A stretch of DNA of 64,000 bases from NCBI RefSeq assembly GCF_006345805.1, contig NC_042998.1, positions 198,648,001 through 198,712,000 on the forward strand. The letters run 5' to 3'. The position numbers and the translations under genes are program-made. Source of the DNA: Octopus sinensis. Lineage: Eukaryota. This document shows positions 48,986 through 62,222 of this stretch, one piece after another (the first letter of the stretch is position 1; every line of letters begins with the position of its first letter). The notes under the pieces were generated by a model, which saw only the letters and a list, made by a program, of their open reading frames with translations, did no database searches and was not told where the DNA came from.

Positions 48986-50325
48986 GTAGCAAAACAGCAG
49001 TGCCCCAGTATGGCCGCAGCTCTGAGCTGAAACTTAAAAAAAAACAAACATAAAAATTATAGATAAGGAAAAACGAAGTTGCTTACTAATCGACCCACCA
49101 TGCTAATTTGATTCTAAGATCGTAATGAAAGGGGGGGGGGAGCAAACAAAAAAACAATCCCTTAAAATTTAAAACAGGAACATGTGAACAGTAAGGATCG
49201 TGCCTATACTAATTGATGCGTAGGGAACAGTAAGCCAAGATGCAGACAAATGACTGAATGAGATTGAAATAGAATGCTCGGTATGGCTCCTACAGAAAAT
49301 TTGTCTTTTAGGGACAGCAAGGATTATCAGGAAGGCTCTAAGCACTCGAAAAACTGCTGAAAAATTACAGGGTTAGAGGTTGTAATCAGTTACCCACATA
49401 AACACTACAAGGAATCAGACCGATCCTGAGCAAAACCAAAATAATAAATACCAGGCAGTGGCTCTCATGGCTTCTGATCTTAACTGATTGGAAGTGCTAA
49501 CATTTACATGCTTTGTCTTGGTGTAAAAGATGCGCAACAACAAATTTTCTGCTCAAAGACCTACTTATCAATAAATGTAGTCCCCCTGATACAAAAGCGA
49601 TTCCAATAACAGTCAATCAAGTCACTTCACAGCTCCAAGATTACCCTGACTATCAAAAGCACGCGCCCTCTCTCATGTTTTCCAGTCTACAGGTGCGTTC
49701 TTAGAGTAGGATCCCTCACTCAAACCATTTTTGCCACAGTCACCCATCTTTCCAGAAATTCACATGGAGGTAGCATTTTGCTCACCACTCTCATTTTCCT
49801 TTCCAAGTGGGACTTAGAAAATCGATGAGTACCTGATCGAAATGGTAGGTATCTTTCCTCAATCCTTTCAGTGTCATCAACCGCACAAGCTCTTTCATCA
49901 TAAGCACTAGTTAAGGGAACACCACCTGCCCTGCCTTGTTAAAGATAGGTGGTGGGGGGTAATCCTTAAGATGAATTCGGTCGATAGTCGAATTCGTTCC
50001 ACATGCAATAATAACAACGATCCGTCATAACTCCACAAATCAACAATACTCGGACACTGCATGAATTGCACGCAGAACGGTTTCGCCGCTCTACGTGCAT
50101 CTCGGTCAGACCCGCCGGACAGCACCGTCATGCTTGGAGAGTTTATCTCGAACTTGCAGTGCTCTTCGGTAACAAGTGGATGGTCACGATTGGAATGCGC
50201 TTGATAGCAGGTCTGGTTGTTGAACGCTGTACTAAAGTTAAACAAGGACAGAAACTATACTGCTGTTGTTTAGCCCTCGGTATACCTTATCTAGCGGAGC
50301 TTTTATCAAAGGTGTAGCAGGAACC

Positions 50326-50554
50326 TATTGCTTTATTACCCACAAGGGGCTAAACACAGAGGGGACAAACAAGGACAGACATAGGTATTAAGTCGATTAC
50401 ATCGACCCCAGTGCGTAACTGGTACTTAATGTATCGACCCCGAAAGGGTGAAAGGCAAAGTCGACCTCAGCGGAATTTGAACTCACAACGTAACGCAGAC
50501 GAACTAAACCGCTAAGCATTTCGCCCGGCGTGCTAACGTTTCTGCCAGCTCGCC
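50326..50554 (-). mobile_element. SINE family A monomer with 14-bp TSD
   Basis: GTGTAGCAGGAACC at 50312-50325 and 50555-50568. Confidence 0.88.
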
Positions 50555-50620
50555 GTGTAGCAGGAACCATCATCTACCTATGACTTCAGTATATAATTTA
50601 TGACGATGTTTTTTCAGGTC

Positions 50621-52882
50621 GATAGGGTGTTAAATGAGGTAAACTTAGCCACAATTTCGATAGGGTGTTAAATGAGGTAAACTTAGCCACAATTTCGATA
50701 GGGTGTTAAATGAGGTAAACTTAGCCACAATTTCGATAGGGTGTTAAATGAGGCAAACTTAGCCACAATTTCGATAGGGTGTTAAATGAGGTAAACTAGC
50801 CACAATTTCGATAGGGTGTTAAATGAGGTAAACTTAGCCACAATTTCGATAGGGTGTTAAATGAGGTAAACTTAGCCACAATTTCGATAGGTGTTAAATG
50901 AGTAAACTTAGCCATAATTTCGATAGGGTGTTAAATGAGGTAAACTTAGCCACAATTTCGATAGGGTGTTAATGAGGTAACTTAGCCACAATTTCGATAG
51001 GGTGTTAAATGAGGTAAACTAGCTACAATTTCGATAGGGTGTTAAATGAGGTAAACTTAGCCACAATTTCGATAGGGTGTTAAATGAGGTAAACTTAACC
51101 ACAATTTCGATAGGGTGTTAAATGAGGTAAACATAGCCACATTTCGATAGGGTGTTAAATGGGTAAACTTAGCCACAATTTCGATAGGGTGTTAAATGAG
51201 GTAAACTTAGCCACAATTTCGATAGGGTGTTAAATGAGGTAAACTTAGCCATAATTTCGATAGGGTGTTAAATGAGGTAAACTTAGCCACAATTTCGATA
51301 GGGTGTTAAATGAGGTAAACTTAGCCACAATTTCGATAGGGTGTTAAATGAGTAAACTTAGCTACAATTTCGATAGGGTGTTAAATGAGGTAAACTTAGC
51401 CACAATTCGATAGGGTGTTAAATGAGGTAACTTAACCACAATTTCGATAGGTGTTAAATGAGGTAAACATAGCCACAATTTCGATAGGGTGTTAAATGAG
51501 GTAAACTTAGCCACAATTTCGATAGGGTTTTAAATGAGGTAAACTTAGCCACAATTTCGATAGGGTGTTTAAATGAGGTAAACTTAACCACAATTTTCGA
51601 TAGTGTTAATGAGGTAACATAGCCACAATTTCGATAGGGTGTTAAATGAGGTAAACTTAGCCACAATTTCGATAGGGTGTTAAATGAGGTAAACTTAGCC
51701 ACATTTCGATAGGGTGTTAAATGAGGTAAACGTACCACAATTTCGATAGGGTGTTAAATGAGGTAAACTTAGCCACAATTTCGATAGGGTGTTAAATGAG
51801 GTAAACTTAGCCACAATTTCGTAGGGTGTTAAATGAGGTAAACGTAGCCACAATTTCGATAGGTGTTGAATGAGGTAAACTTAGCCACAATTTCGATAGG
51901 GTGTTAAATGAGGTAAACGTAGCCACAATTTCGATAGGGTGTTAAATGAGGTAAACTTAGCCACAATTTCGATAGGGTGTTAAATGAGGTAAACTTAGCC
52001 ACAATCTCGATAGGGTGTTAAATGAGGTAAACTTAGCCACAATTTCGATAGGGTGTTAAATGAGGTAAACTTAGCCACAATTTCGATAGGGTGTTAAATG
52101 AGGTAAACTTAACCACAATTTCGATAGGGTGTTAAATGAGGTAAACGTAGCCACAATTTCGATAGGGTGTTAAATGAGGTAGACTTAGCCACAATTTCGA
52201 TAGGGTGTTAAATGAGGTAAACTTAGCCACAATTTCGATAGGGTGTTAAATGAGGTAAACTTAGCCACAATTTCGATAGGGTGTTAAATGAGGTAAACTT
52301 AGCCACAATTTCGATAGGGTGTTAAATGAGGTAAACTTAACCACAATTTGGATAGGGTGTTAAATGAGGTAAACGTAGCCACAATTTCGATAGGGTGTTA
52401 AATGAGGTAAACGTAGCCACAATTTCGATAGGGTGTTAAATGAGGTAAACGTAGCCACAATTTCGATAGGGTGTTAAATGAGGCAAACTTAGCCACAATT
52501 TCGATAGGGTGTTAAATGAGGTAAACTTAGCCACAATTTCGATAGGGTGTTAAATGAGGCAAACTTAGCCACAATTTCGATAGGGTGTTAAATGAGGTAA
52601 ACGTAGCCACAATTTCGATAGGGTGTTAAATGAGGTAAACTTAGCCACAATTTCGATAGGGTGTTAAATGAGGTAAACTTAGCCACAATTTCGATAGGGT
52701 GTTAAATGAGGTAAACTTAGCCACAATTTCGATAGGGTGTTAAATGAGGTAGACTTAGCCACAATTTCGATAGGGTGTTAAATGAGGTAAACTTAGCCAC
52801 AATTTCGATAGGGTGTTAAATGAGGTAAACATAGCCACAATTTCGATAGGGTGTTAAATGAGGTAAACTTAGCCACAATTTC
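50621..52882. repeat. 38-bp satellite, ~60 copies (intronic)
   Basis: Unit GATAGGGTGTTAAATGAGGTAAACTTAGCCACAATTTC repeated contiguously with no spacers. Confidence 0.97.
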
Positions 52883-53490
52883 TAGTCAGTGAAGTCTCAG
52901 CTCAGAGGTACTCCCGATGTCTCGTGCAATTGTGTATGATAACTCTGCGCATAGAAGTGTGATATGGCACTGTCCTGTGCAGTAGTTTTCATTAATTAAT
53001 GTAATACAAGTTTGTCTATATGCTTGACTTTCTATGTCTTCTGTTTATGCCGGCATGTGTAGACCAGCGTGCCTCCGTGTAGATGTGAGCGAGCAATCAC
53101 GTGTGAGAACGAACGAATGGAAACACGTGTGCAAGCTCACAATTTATCCGTGTATGCGAATGTACGCGCATGTGTGTGCATGAATGTATACGTGTATGAA
53201 TGTATATGTGTGCCTGCATTTCTCAATATATCTGTATGCTTGTGTGTCAGCGTGTGTGCATGTGTATCGTGTTAAAATGTACGTATGTAAGTAAGTATTC
53301 CTGCATTCTTGCACCAATTTGCGCATACGTGTAAATGTGCTTGTATATGCGTGCATGCATGCATGCATGCATATGTCTGTGTGTAAATATATTATCGTTT
53401 GCGCGCGCGAGTGCGTGTGTATGCGTGTGTATTATGCGTGTGCGTAGAGTTTTTCTTCGAAGTACACAAGCGGTTGATTTATAATCTCAC

Positions 53491-53665
53491 CGTTTGCTAG
53501 ATTCACTTCCGGTTATAAACTTCCTGTTCGCTGGTTTTTCTTGCACTTTTTTAAGCCTATTCATGTAGTTGAGTTGCGTGGGGTGAGATGAGTGCAGCCT
53601 GGCAGTTCTGTTCTCTGCCACAATGGAATCTACTTGAAGTGTATCGGAAACGGCAGAATTCTTCA
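53491..53665 (-). CDS. CAP-Gly-domain gene, upstream 175-bp exon (V)KNSAVSDTLQ..TGSESSK(R)
   Basis: Acceptor ATATGTTTTCAG, donor CG|GTGAGA; phase 2 joins the 47326 exon to give Arg (CG|G); open frame throughout. Confidence 0.75.
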
Positions 53666-53740
53666 CTGAAAACATATTAAAACTGGTTTTAATCTCATAC
53701 GGACAACAACAACAACAGTAACCTCTTCCAATTCCTTCAC

Positions 53741-54125
<385 letters not shown>

Positions 54126-54421
54126 CAGCTCAGTGAAAACAGTTGTCACAGCCGCAACGTTAGTTTCGAAACAACTTTAGCTACAGCAATAAGTACGGTT
54201 TTTAGTCCAAATTTATTAAAACAAAAACCGAGATTAAGCAATTCATCCTCCGACGTAGTCTCCTTGCTTTTCGATGCACGTCTTCCAGCGCGGGCCACAA
54301 GCGTGCTTATTGCATCGAGAAGAAGAAGAAGAAGAATTTTAGCTGGTTGCATAGTCATTTATGCACAGCTTCCTGCAATTTTTGTCCGTAACAAATCGAC
54401 AATCTTGTAAAAGATTCCGTG

Positions 54422-54737
54422 GTGTCTGGGGAGAGTCATTTTCTTTTTGTGCCTTATTATGTAACACACTGACCGGTAAAATTTCTACTTATTTCTTATT
54501 TTTATTTTCCTAAAAGTTTCGTTGCGTCTTGCAACCTTTTCAATAGTCTTGCAACCTTTTTAATAGTCTTGCAACATTTTTAATAGTCTTGCAACCTTTT
54601 CAATAGTCAAGACTATTGAAAAGGTTGCAAGACGCAACGAAAATTTTAGGAAAATAAAAATAAGAAAAAAGTAGAAATTTTACCGGTGAGCGTGTTACAT
54701 TATAAGGCACAAAAAGAAAATGACTCTCCCCACACAC
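54422..54737. mobile_element. Fold-back (palindromic) MITE
   Basis: GGGGAGAGTCATTTTCTTTTTGTGCCTTATTATGTAACAC is inverted at the far end; centre CAATAGTC-AA-GACTATTG; internal 20-bp tandem repeats; related arms at ~13035-13085 and ~26130-26460. Confidence 0.8.
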
Positions 54738-54789
54738 AACAGAATATGCTTCAACACACGAACTCATATAAAGAATCTTGTAAAAGATG

Positions 54790-55700
54790 TTTGAGTGCTC
54801 TAGAGAAGTGATAGCCGAAAGGGACGACATCTGAACTGTATGCAGGGTGTTTCAGAAACTCGAAACCCAAGTTCTCAATGGTTTCAACGGTGTGGGCGAC
54901 TGTATATGGGCATGCACTATAGTGTAACAATAACATTTGCATTGACAATAGACCTCGGCGTTTGGTGCGAATTGCTGGTTCCAGTTTGTTGGCCAGCATT
55001 TTACTGTAGCCTTCATTGGTGACTGTAGACTCCTTTTCCAAGCAATGTTCTAGTACTGATCTTTTTGCGTCCCCAAAAACGGTTAGCATCACTTTTTCTT
55101 TTTGCGAAAGGTTGAGTTTAGAACTTCTTTCTCGATGGCGAACCCGGGTGTTTCCACTCTATACTCAGTCTTTTGGATTCTGACTCAAAATGAGGGTCCC
55201 GGGTATCATCTCTTGTTATTGTTCTCTCCAAATTAGCGTCGCCTTCATCGTTGTAGCGGTCGAATAAGCACTGACAGATCTCCACATGAAATGCACTTAT
55301 GCGCCTCGGGAAGCTCACTTGGGGACCCATGTCGCAGAGACTTAACGAAGCCTGTTGCGAATGACTTCCTATGCAGAACCGTGGCCAATTTGCAGAGAAC
55401 AGGCCACCTCATCGATAGTCATTCATCTGTTCGTCAGAACCATATCTCGAGCTTGTTGAATCTTCACACCAGTGGAGGAGGTGGATGGGCGTCCCGTTCT
55501 CTCTCCATGCCTCACGCTAGTACGGCCATTTTAAAACTTCTCGATCCACTCATACACACTTTTACGCGGTAGAATGCTGTTCCCCTATTGTACTGAAAGT
55601 CTGCAATAAATTTCAATCCCTTACACACCTTCAGACAAGGGAAATTAGATCCACTGTTCTCTGTCCTTCCTTGGTAACACAAGAAAGTTAACCCGAGCAA
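54790..55700 (-). mobile_element. Degenerate mariner (DD34D-type) transposase
   Basis: VYEWIEKF*NGRTSV, ITRDDT..EWKHPGSPSRKKF, LLHYSACPYT (HDNARPH-like) and HPAYSSDVVPFGYH (YSPDLAP-like). Confidence 0.88.
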
Positions 55701-55949
55701 TCTCAATTACATAATCCGAAGTGTCCCACCTGAAGGTAGTGCAGCCAATGTAAAGAAGGGTTTGGTGAAAGTGAGGATTAGTTTTGACTTCTCCTCGTAG
55801 CTACATCAGTAAAACTACTCTAAAAATAATGACATTAGCCACAACAACAATGAAAATAACCACAAGAAGGGTAATAACGGTTGCTTCTACAGCAATAATC
55901 CTTTCTACTATAGGCACAAGGCCAGAAATTTTGGCGGGAAGGGGCCAGT

Positions 55950-56650
55950 CAATTAGATCGACCCCAGTACGTAACTGACACTTAATTTATCGACCCCGAA
56001 AGGATGAAAGGCAAAGTCAACCTCGGCGGAATTTGAACTCAGAACGTAGCGACGGGTGAAATACCTATTTCTATTTCTTTACTACCCACAAGGGGCTAAA
56101 CACAGAGAGGACAGACAAGGACACACAAACGGATTAAGTCGATTACATCGACCCCAGTGCGTAACTGCTACTTATTTAATCGACTCCGAAAGGATGAAAG
56201 GCAAAGTCGATCTCGGCGGAATTTGAACTCAGAACGTAGCGGCAGACGAAATACCCATTTCTTTACTACCCACAAGGGGCAAACACAGTGAGGACAAACA
56301 AGGACAGACAAACGGATTAAATCGATTATATCAACCCCAGTGCGTAACTGGTACTTATTTAATCGACCCCGAAAGGATGAAAGGCAAAGTCGACCTCGGC
56401 GGAATTTGAACTCAGAACGTAGCGACGGGCGAAATACCTATTTCTTTACTATCCACAAGGGGCTAAACACAGAGAGGACAAACAAGGACAATATTGATCC
56501 CAGTGCGTAACTGGTACTTATTTAATCGACCTCGAAAGGATGAAAGGCAAAGTCGACCTCGAGGGAATTTGAGCACAGAACGTAACGGCAGATGAAATAC
56601 CGCTAAGCATTTCGCCTGGCGCGCTAACGATTTTGCCAGCTCGCCGCCTT
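55950..56650 (-). mobile_element. SINE family A tetramer
   Basis: Three GAAATAC(C)TATTTC-type junctions and a single head at ~56590-56650. Confidence 0.85.
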
Positions 56651-57106
56651 TGCTTCTACATCAATAATAATAATAACAACAACAACAACTATAACAACTT
56701 TAATAACCACAACAATAACAGTAGCAGTAAGCAGAATAACACTAATAGTCACAACAACACCAGGAGTTGACATATGAATGATCGCATGAATAGTCCATTA
56801 GATTGTCACGTGAACATAGCAATCATGGAGTTGTAGATTAACCATGTAAATTAATTTATAGATTTCTCTGTCACTGGTTCATTGTGTCACAAACGTAGCT
56901 ATTGAAAACGACTGTGCAGCCATTTAAATAGAGTGACATCGACGACATTGTGATTGACAGTTGATGACAAGCTCCGTTGACAGCGTTGACAGCACTGTGT
57001 GGGAGACAAACCTGATGGAAAATAGTTGACCAAACAATTTTTTTTTAAAATAAGCCTACCTCAATTTACGTCAACTCGTGTTACGTTCTTTTCGACTCTC
57101 TGACTC

Positions 57107-57500
57107 TCTTACTTGTTTCAGTCATTTGACTGCGGCCATGCTGGAGCACCGCCTTCAGTCGAGCAAATCGACCCCGGGACTTATTCTTTGTAAGCCCAGT
57201 ACTTATTCTATCGGTCTCTTTAGTCGAACCGCTAAGTTACGGGGACGCAAACACACCAGCATCGGTTGTCAAGCAATGCTAGGGGGACAAACACAGACAC
57301 ACAAACATATACACACACACCCATACATATATACGACAGGCTTCTTTCAGTTTCCGTCTACCAAATCCACTCACAAGGCATTGGTCGGCCCGGGGCTATA
57401 GCAGAAGACACTTGCCCAAGATGCCACGGAGTGGGACTGAATTCGGAACCATGTGGTTGGTAAGCAAGCTACTTACCACACAGCCACTCCTGCGCCTATA
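57107..57500 (-). mobile_element. SINE family B
   Basis: Full reverse-complement copy. Confidence 0.85.
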
Positions 57501-57806
57501 TCATTTGTTTAAAAAAAAATTAATGGGGAAAAAAACAAATTGATTGATGCGACTTTACGTCTCTTTCAGTCAGTATTTTTAGCTTAAAAATTACAAAAAA
57601 AGAACAAAAAAAAACTTAAAACCAATACTGAAATAGAAAATCAAATAAAATACATGAAAATACGTACAAACCATTTATTAAAGCAAACAGCTAATGAGTT
57701 TTTAAGATGTATTTTTGCGTTACGTCGTTTTTCGAATTAAACCGTATGTCATACATACAATTGCCGACGTAATGTGAGGTATGCTTTTCTGTGCTTTATG
57801 GATAGC

Positions 57807-57809
<3 letters not shown>

Positions 57810-57872
<63 letters not shown>

Positions 57873-57875
57873 TGT

Positions 57876-57909
<34 letters not shown>

Positions 57910-57929
57910 CTGTGTGTGTGTGTGTGTGT

Positions 57930-57974
<45 letters not shown>

Positions 57975-58078
57975 TGTGTTTGTTTGTGTGTGTGTCTGTG
58001 TGTGTGTGTCTGTGTGTCTGTGTGTGTGTGTTTGTTTGTTTGTTTGTGTGTGTGTGTGTGTGTGTTTGCGTGCGTGTG
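57810..58078. repeat. (GT)n microsatellite with GTCT/GTTT interruptions
   Basis: Directly visible. Confidence 0.95.
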
Positions 58079-58100
58079 AGTGACAGATATTAATGCTGAC

Positions 58101-58484
58101 AAGGCGTCGAGCTGGCAGAAACGTTAGCACGCCGTGCGAAATGCGTAGCCGTATTTCGTCTGCCGTTACGTTCTGAGTTCAAATTCCGCCGAGGTCGACT
58201 TTGCCTTTCATCCTTTCGGGGTCGATATAATCGACTTAATTCGTTTGTCTGTCCTTGTTTGTCCTCCCTGTGTTTATCCCCTTGTGGGTAATAAAGAAAT
58301 AGGTATTTCGTCTGCCGTTACGTTCTGAGTTCAAATTCCGCCGAGGTCGACTTTGCCTTTCATCCTTTCGGGGTCGATAAATTAAGTACCAGTTACGCAC
58401 TGAGGTCGATATAATCGACTTTATCCGTTTGTCTGTCCTTGTTTGTCCTCTCTGTGTTTAGCCCCTTGTGGGTAGTAAAGAAAT
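58101..58484 (+). mobile_element. SINE family A dimer with 16-bp TSD
   Basis: AGATATTAATGCTGAC at 58085-58100 and 58485-58500. Confidence 0.9.
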
Positions 58485-58721
58485 AGATATTAATGCTGAC
58501 ACTATCACATAACACCATATTCATTCAGTTCATCATGCATTGTAAACTATAGAAAAATATCATAGGAGAGACAAAGCTGTAGGCTCTGTCAGATGACACC
58601 ATCTTCACTTATCTATTTCCTGTAGTACTGTGTTGCTTTGGCAGTATTATGTGAGAAATACAGCTGTTGGTTATATTACACTAACTGATCCTGTGCCGTC
58701 AAAATTGACGGTTAATTGTAT

Positions 58722-59117
58722 TATTTATATATATAACGCTGAAGTTGTTTGTGTCTGTATGGCAGGTTTGGTAACCTTCAACTAACACTATCTCCTCCGA
58801 GACCCTGCGGCGCAAGTTGACCAAAATTGAAAGTATGATAGAAGAAGGCTTGCTCTTCCTTCCTTGAAGAAAAAATTCAAATCGGACCATGTTAACACCG
58901 AAAATTATTTACATCAAAAAGGTGCTTTTTTTTCTATGAAAATCCCTATCTTTTATGATTTTTTGTCTGCTGTGTCGCCATTTTTCTCTGTATTTCAACC
59001 AGAAAAATGTTCACTTAAAGAGAATAACAAGCTACATAATGGAAAATTTTTACTTTTCGAAAATTCCAATTCTAAAGGGTCGAAACAAACGCGAGCAGCG
59101 CTGTGCTACACTGCCAG
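58722..59117 (+). mobile_element. Helitron-like family D copy (diverged ends)
   Basis: Collinear with 34914-35307. Confidence 0.75.
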
Positions 59118-59254
59118 TTTTATATATAAATAAGGTATAAAATAAGGTACATAATAATCACAGATACAAACATTCACATACTTCTTTGTGCATGCACACA
59201 TAATAATGTTCGTCCTTCGGTTCGAAGATGACCAACTGACATCATCTGATGGAA

Positions 59255-59640
59255 CTGCCGCCATGAGTGTATCGGCTCAGTTCTCTGGCCACCGGGGCAG
59301 TTCGTCTCTCTGGTCTGTCCGCTTTGGTGTTGTCAAGCAGAGTTCTCACGTTCCAAGTTGCGAAAGTGAGCACCTTTGTTTGTTTTCTTCTTTCTTTGTT
59401 TCGACCGCTTGGAAAGGATCCCCGCCAGCCGCGGTTTGCTGACCAGGGTGAGGTGAGGCAGGCTATGTTTAGGGCAACCTTTTCTAGCCCCGTCCTCATG
59501 CTGGGGAGGCGAGCAGAGCGATCCTGAAGAGGGCTGCTCGGTCACTCAGGAGGCTGCCGGACTCCACTGCTGCCTCAGTTCAGTGAGGGGCGACCACATG
59601 TCCTGAGCCGCCTGTGTGTGGGTTCACGACTGCAGCTCCC
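59255..59640 (-). mobile_element. RTE-BovB-like LINE 5' end (UTR plus APE N-terminus)
   Basis: LTFATWNVRTLLDN..ADRPERRTAPVARELSRY. Confidence 0.85.
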
Positions 59641-59883
59641 AGTGTACACATATATATACATAGACTCACGTAGAGTTGAAACGCTGATATTTTTCGCGCC
59701 TTTCTTCCTTGCTTTTCTATCACCCCTTACTTTCTCCATTGCTATTACTTTCCCTCACTCCCTATCAGTCAGGGCATTACTCCTACTACGTCTCCTTCAC
59801 TGAATTACTATTTTCTCTCCTCTACCTTCACTTATACTACTCTTTCTCCTACTCCGTCCTACTCCTACTCTGTGATTTTAGAC

Positions 59884-59927
<44 letters not shown>

Positions 59928-59928
<1 letters not shown>

Positions 59929-60342
59929 TCTTTTACTCTTTTACTTGTTTCAGTCATTTGACTGCGGCCATGCTGGAGCACCGCCTTTAGTCGAGCAACT
60001 CGACCCCAGGACTTATTCTTTTTGTAAGCCCAGTACTTGTTCTATCGGTCTCTTTTTGCTGAATCGCTAGGTTACGGGGACGTAAACACACCAGCATCGG
60101 TTGTCAAGCAATGATAGGGGAACAAACACAGACACACAAATATATACGCACATACATATATATATATACACATATACGACAGGCTTCTTTCAGTTTCCGT
60201 CTACCAAATCCACTCACAAGGCATTGGTCGGCCCGGGGCTATAGCAGAAGACACTTGCCCAAGATGCCACGCAGTGGGACTGAACCCGGAACCATGTGGT
60301 TGGTTAGCAAGCTACTTACCACACAGCCACTCCTGCGCCTAT
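59928..60342 (-). mobile_element. SINE family B between (TA)n tracts
   Basis: Full reverse-complement copy; (TA)n at ~59886-59926 and ~60362-60505. Confidence 0.85.
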
Positions 60343-60373
60343 GAACAGCCACTCCTGCGCTTATATATATATA

Positions 60374-60507
<134 letters not shown>

Positions 60508-61799
60508 AATATATAAAAGCACTACGCTCATTATTATGAGATTACACTATCTTCACCCAACCCAACTATTTACTCTACATTGTGTTTATGTAAACAACAT
60601 TATTTCACAGACGTAACAGATGACGAAAGCCATAAACCTTTCCAATAATGATTTTCTATAAATTCGATTTAATTTTCGCCCGCGCTGTTTCAACTGAATG
60701 TAAACTTTCTCGCGATATTAGGCTCTAATGCGGTTTCGTTTCTCGATGGAAATCGTCTAACGTTATTATATACGTTGATAATATCCTTAGGAAATGCTTG
60801 AATAATTACAAGTTTTCATTCCCAGTCGATAAGTAATTGAACCAAATGCTGACTTCGCGTACAGAGTTTAGCAGGCTCTCTACCTTGATATAGTCATTTC
60901 ATGTTTACCTTCTTATTATATATTTGTTTCAGTCATTAGACTGCGGCTATGCTGGGGCGCCGCCTTGGGAATTGTGTCGAACGAATTAACCCCAACTCTT
61001 GCTTAATTTTGTTTTTTAGTCCTAGCACTTATTTTATCGATCTGTTTTGCCAAACCTCTATGTTACGGGAAAGTAAACATATCAAAACTGATTGGTCGTC
61101 AAGTGAGAAACAGAAGCAGACACACACGTGTATATATATTCGTTTCCTCTCGCTAATTCTTTTTATCTTCCTCTTCTCCCCCTTTCGTTTTTTCTCGCTC
61201 ATTCTTTCTCTAATTCTTTTCCTCTCCCTTTCGCCTTTCTCTGTCTGTCCCTTTCTCTCCCTCACTCTTCAGCATTTGTTCTCTTGCTGCTCGCACGTTA
61301 CCATCGGCGAACTTTCTTTTCTGAACTTGAATTTTTTTCTGTCTGATTAGCCACAGGGATAAGATGCATTCTTGTCTGTCTCCTGTCAGAGCTTGTTCCT
61401 CCGCGTTCACCAACTCAACTCGTTTAGGCTTAGCAGCCGTTTCTGTTTGTTTTCACTGTCCTGTTTTTGTTACCAACTTTGACCCTTCGCAAAATCCCAA
61501 ATTTTATTTAATTTCTTTTGCGGCAGCAACTGTTTTGTCGAAAACGTATCTTGTCGTTAATTGCTCGAAATACGAAGTAGAAAAACAGCCGACAACTGAT
61601 GAAGGATCGGTTTTCATGTTGCTTGTCTTGTTTTCAATTTGTTTCTTTGTTTGCAAAAAAAGTTGTATTTGAAGTTTTCGTATTTCATGTTGTTTACGTC
61701 CTGTGGTGTCCTGTGCTCATATATGCATGTGTATATACATATATATGTATGTACATATATGTATGTATGCATATATATTTATATATTATTATTATTATA

Positions 61800-61942
61800 T
61801 AGGTGCAGGCGTGGCTGTGTGGTAAGAAGATTCCTTCCAACCACATGGTTCCGGGTTCAGTTCCACTGTCTTCTACTATAGCCTCGGGTCAACCAAAGAC
61901 TTGTGAGTGGATTTGGTAGACGGGAACTGAAAGAAGCCCGTC

Positions 61943-62008
<66 letters not shown>

Positions 62009-62222
62009 ATATATTTGTGTGTTTGTGTCTGTGTTTGTCCCCCACCATAGCTTGACAACCAATGTTGATCTGTTTACGTCCCCATAAACTAGCGGTTCGG
62101 CAAAAGAAACTGATAGAATAAATACCAGGCTTACAAACAATAAGTTCAGGTGTTGATTTCTTCCAATAAAAGGCGGTGCTTCAGCATGGCCACAGTCAAA
62201 ATGACTGAAACAAGTAAAAGAA
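61800..62222 (+). mobile_element. SINE family B (internal deletion)
   Basis: Head, (TA)n(TG)n core and tail are recognisable. Confidence 0.8.

Noticed and set aside
50621-52882. CRISPR-like regular 38-bp repeats
   Set aside because: Repeats are contiguous with no unique spacers, no cas genes are present and the context is a eukaryotic intron; it is a satellite. The 94-aa ORF at 51454-51738 is a by-product.
58500-58560. Possible small exon (TTTTTCTATAG|TTTACAATGCATGATGAACTG..)
   Set aside because: Good acceptor, but no convincing donor and stops follow quickly; unsupported.
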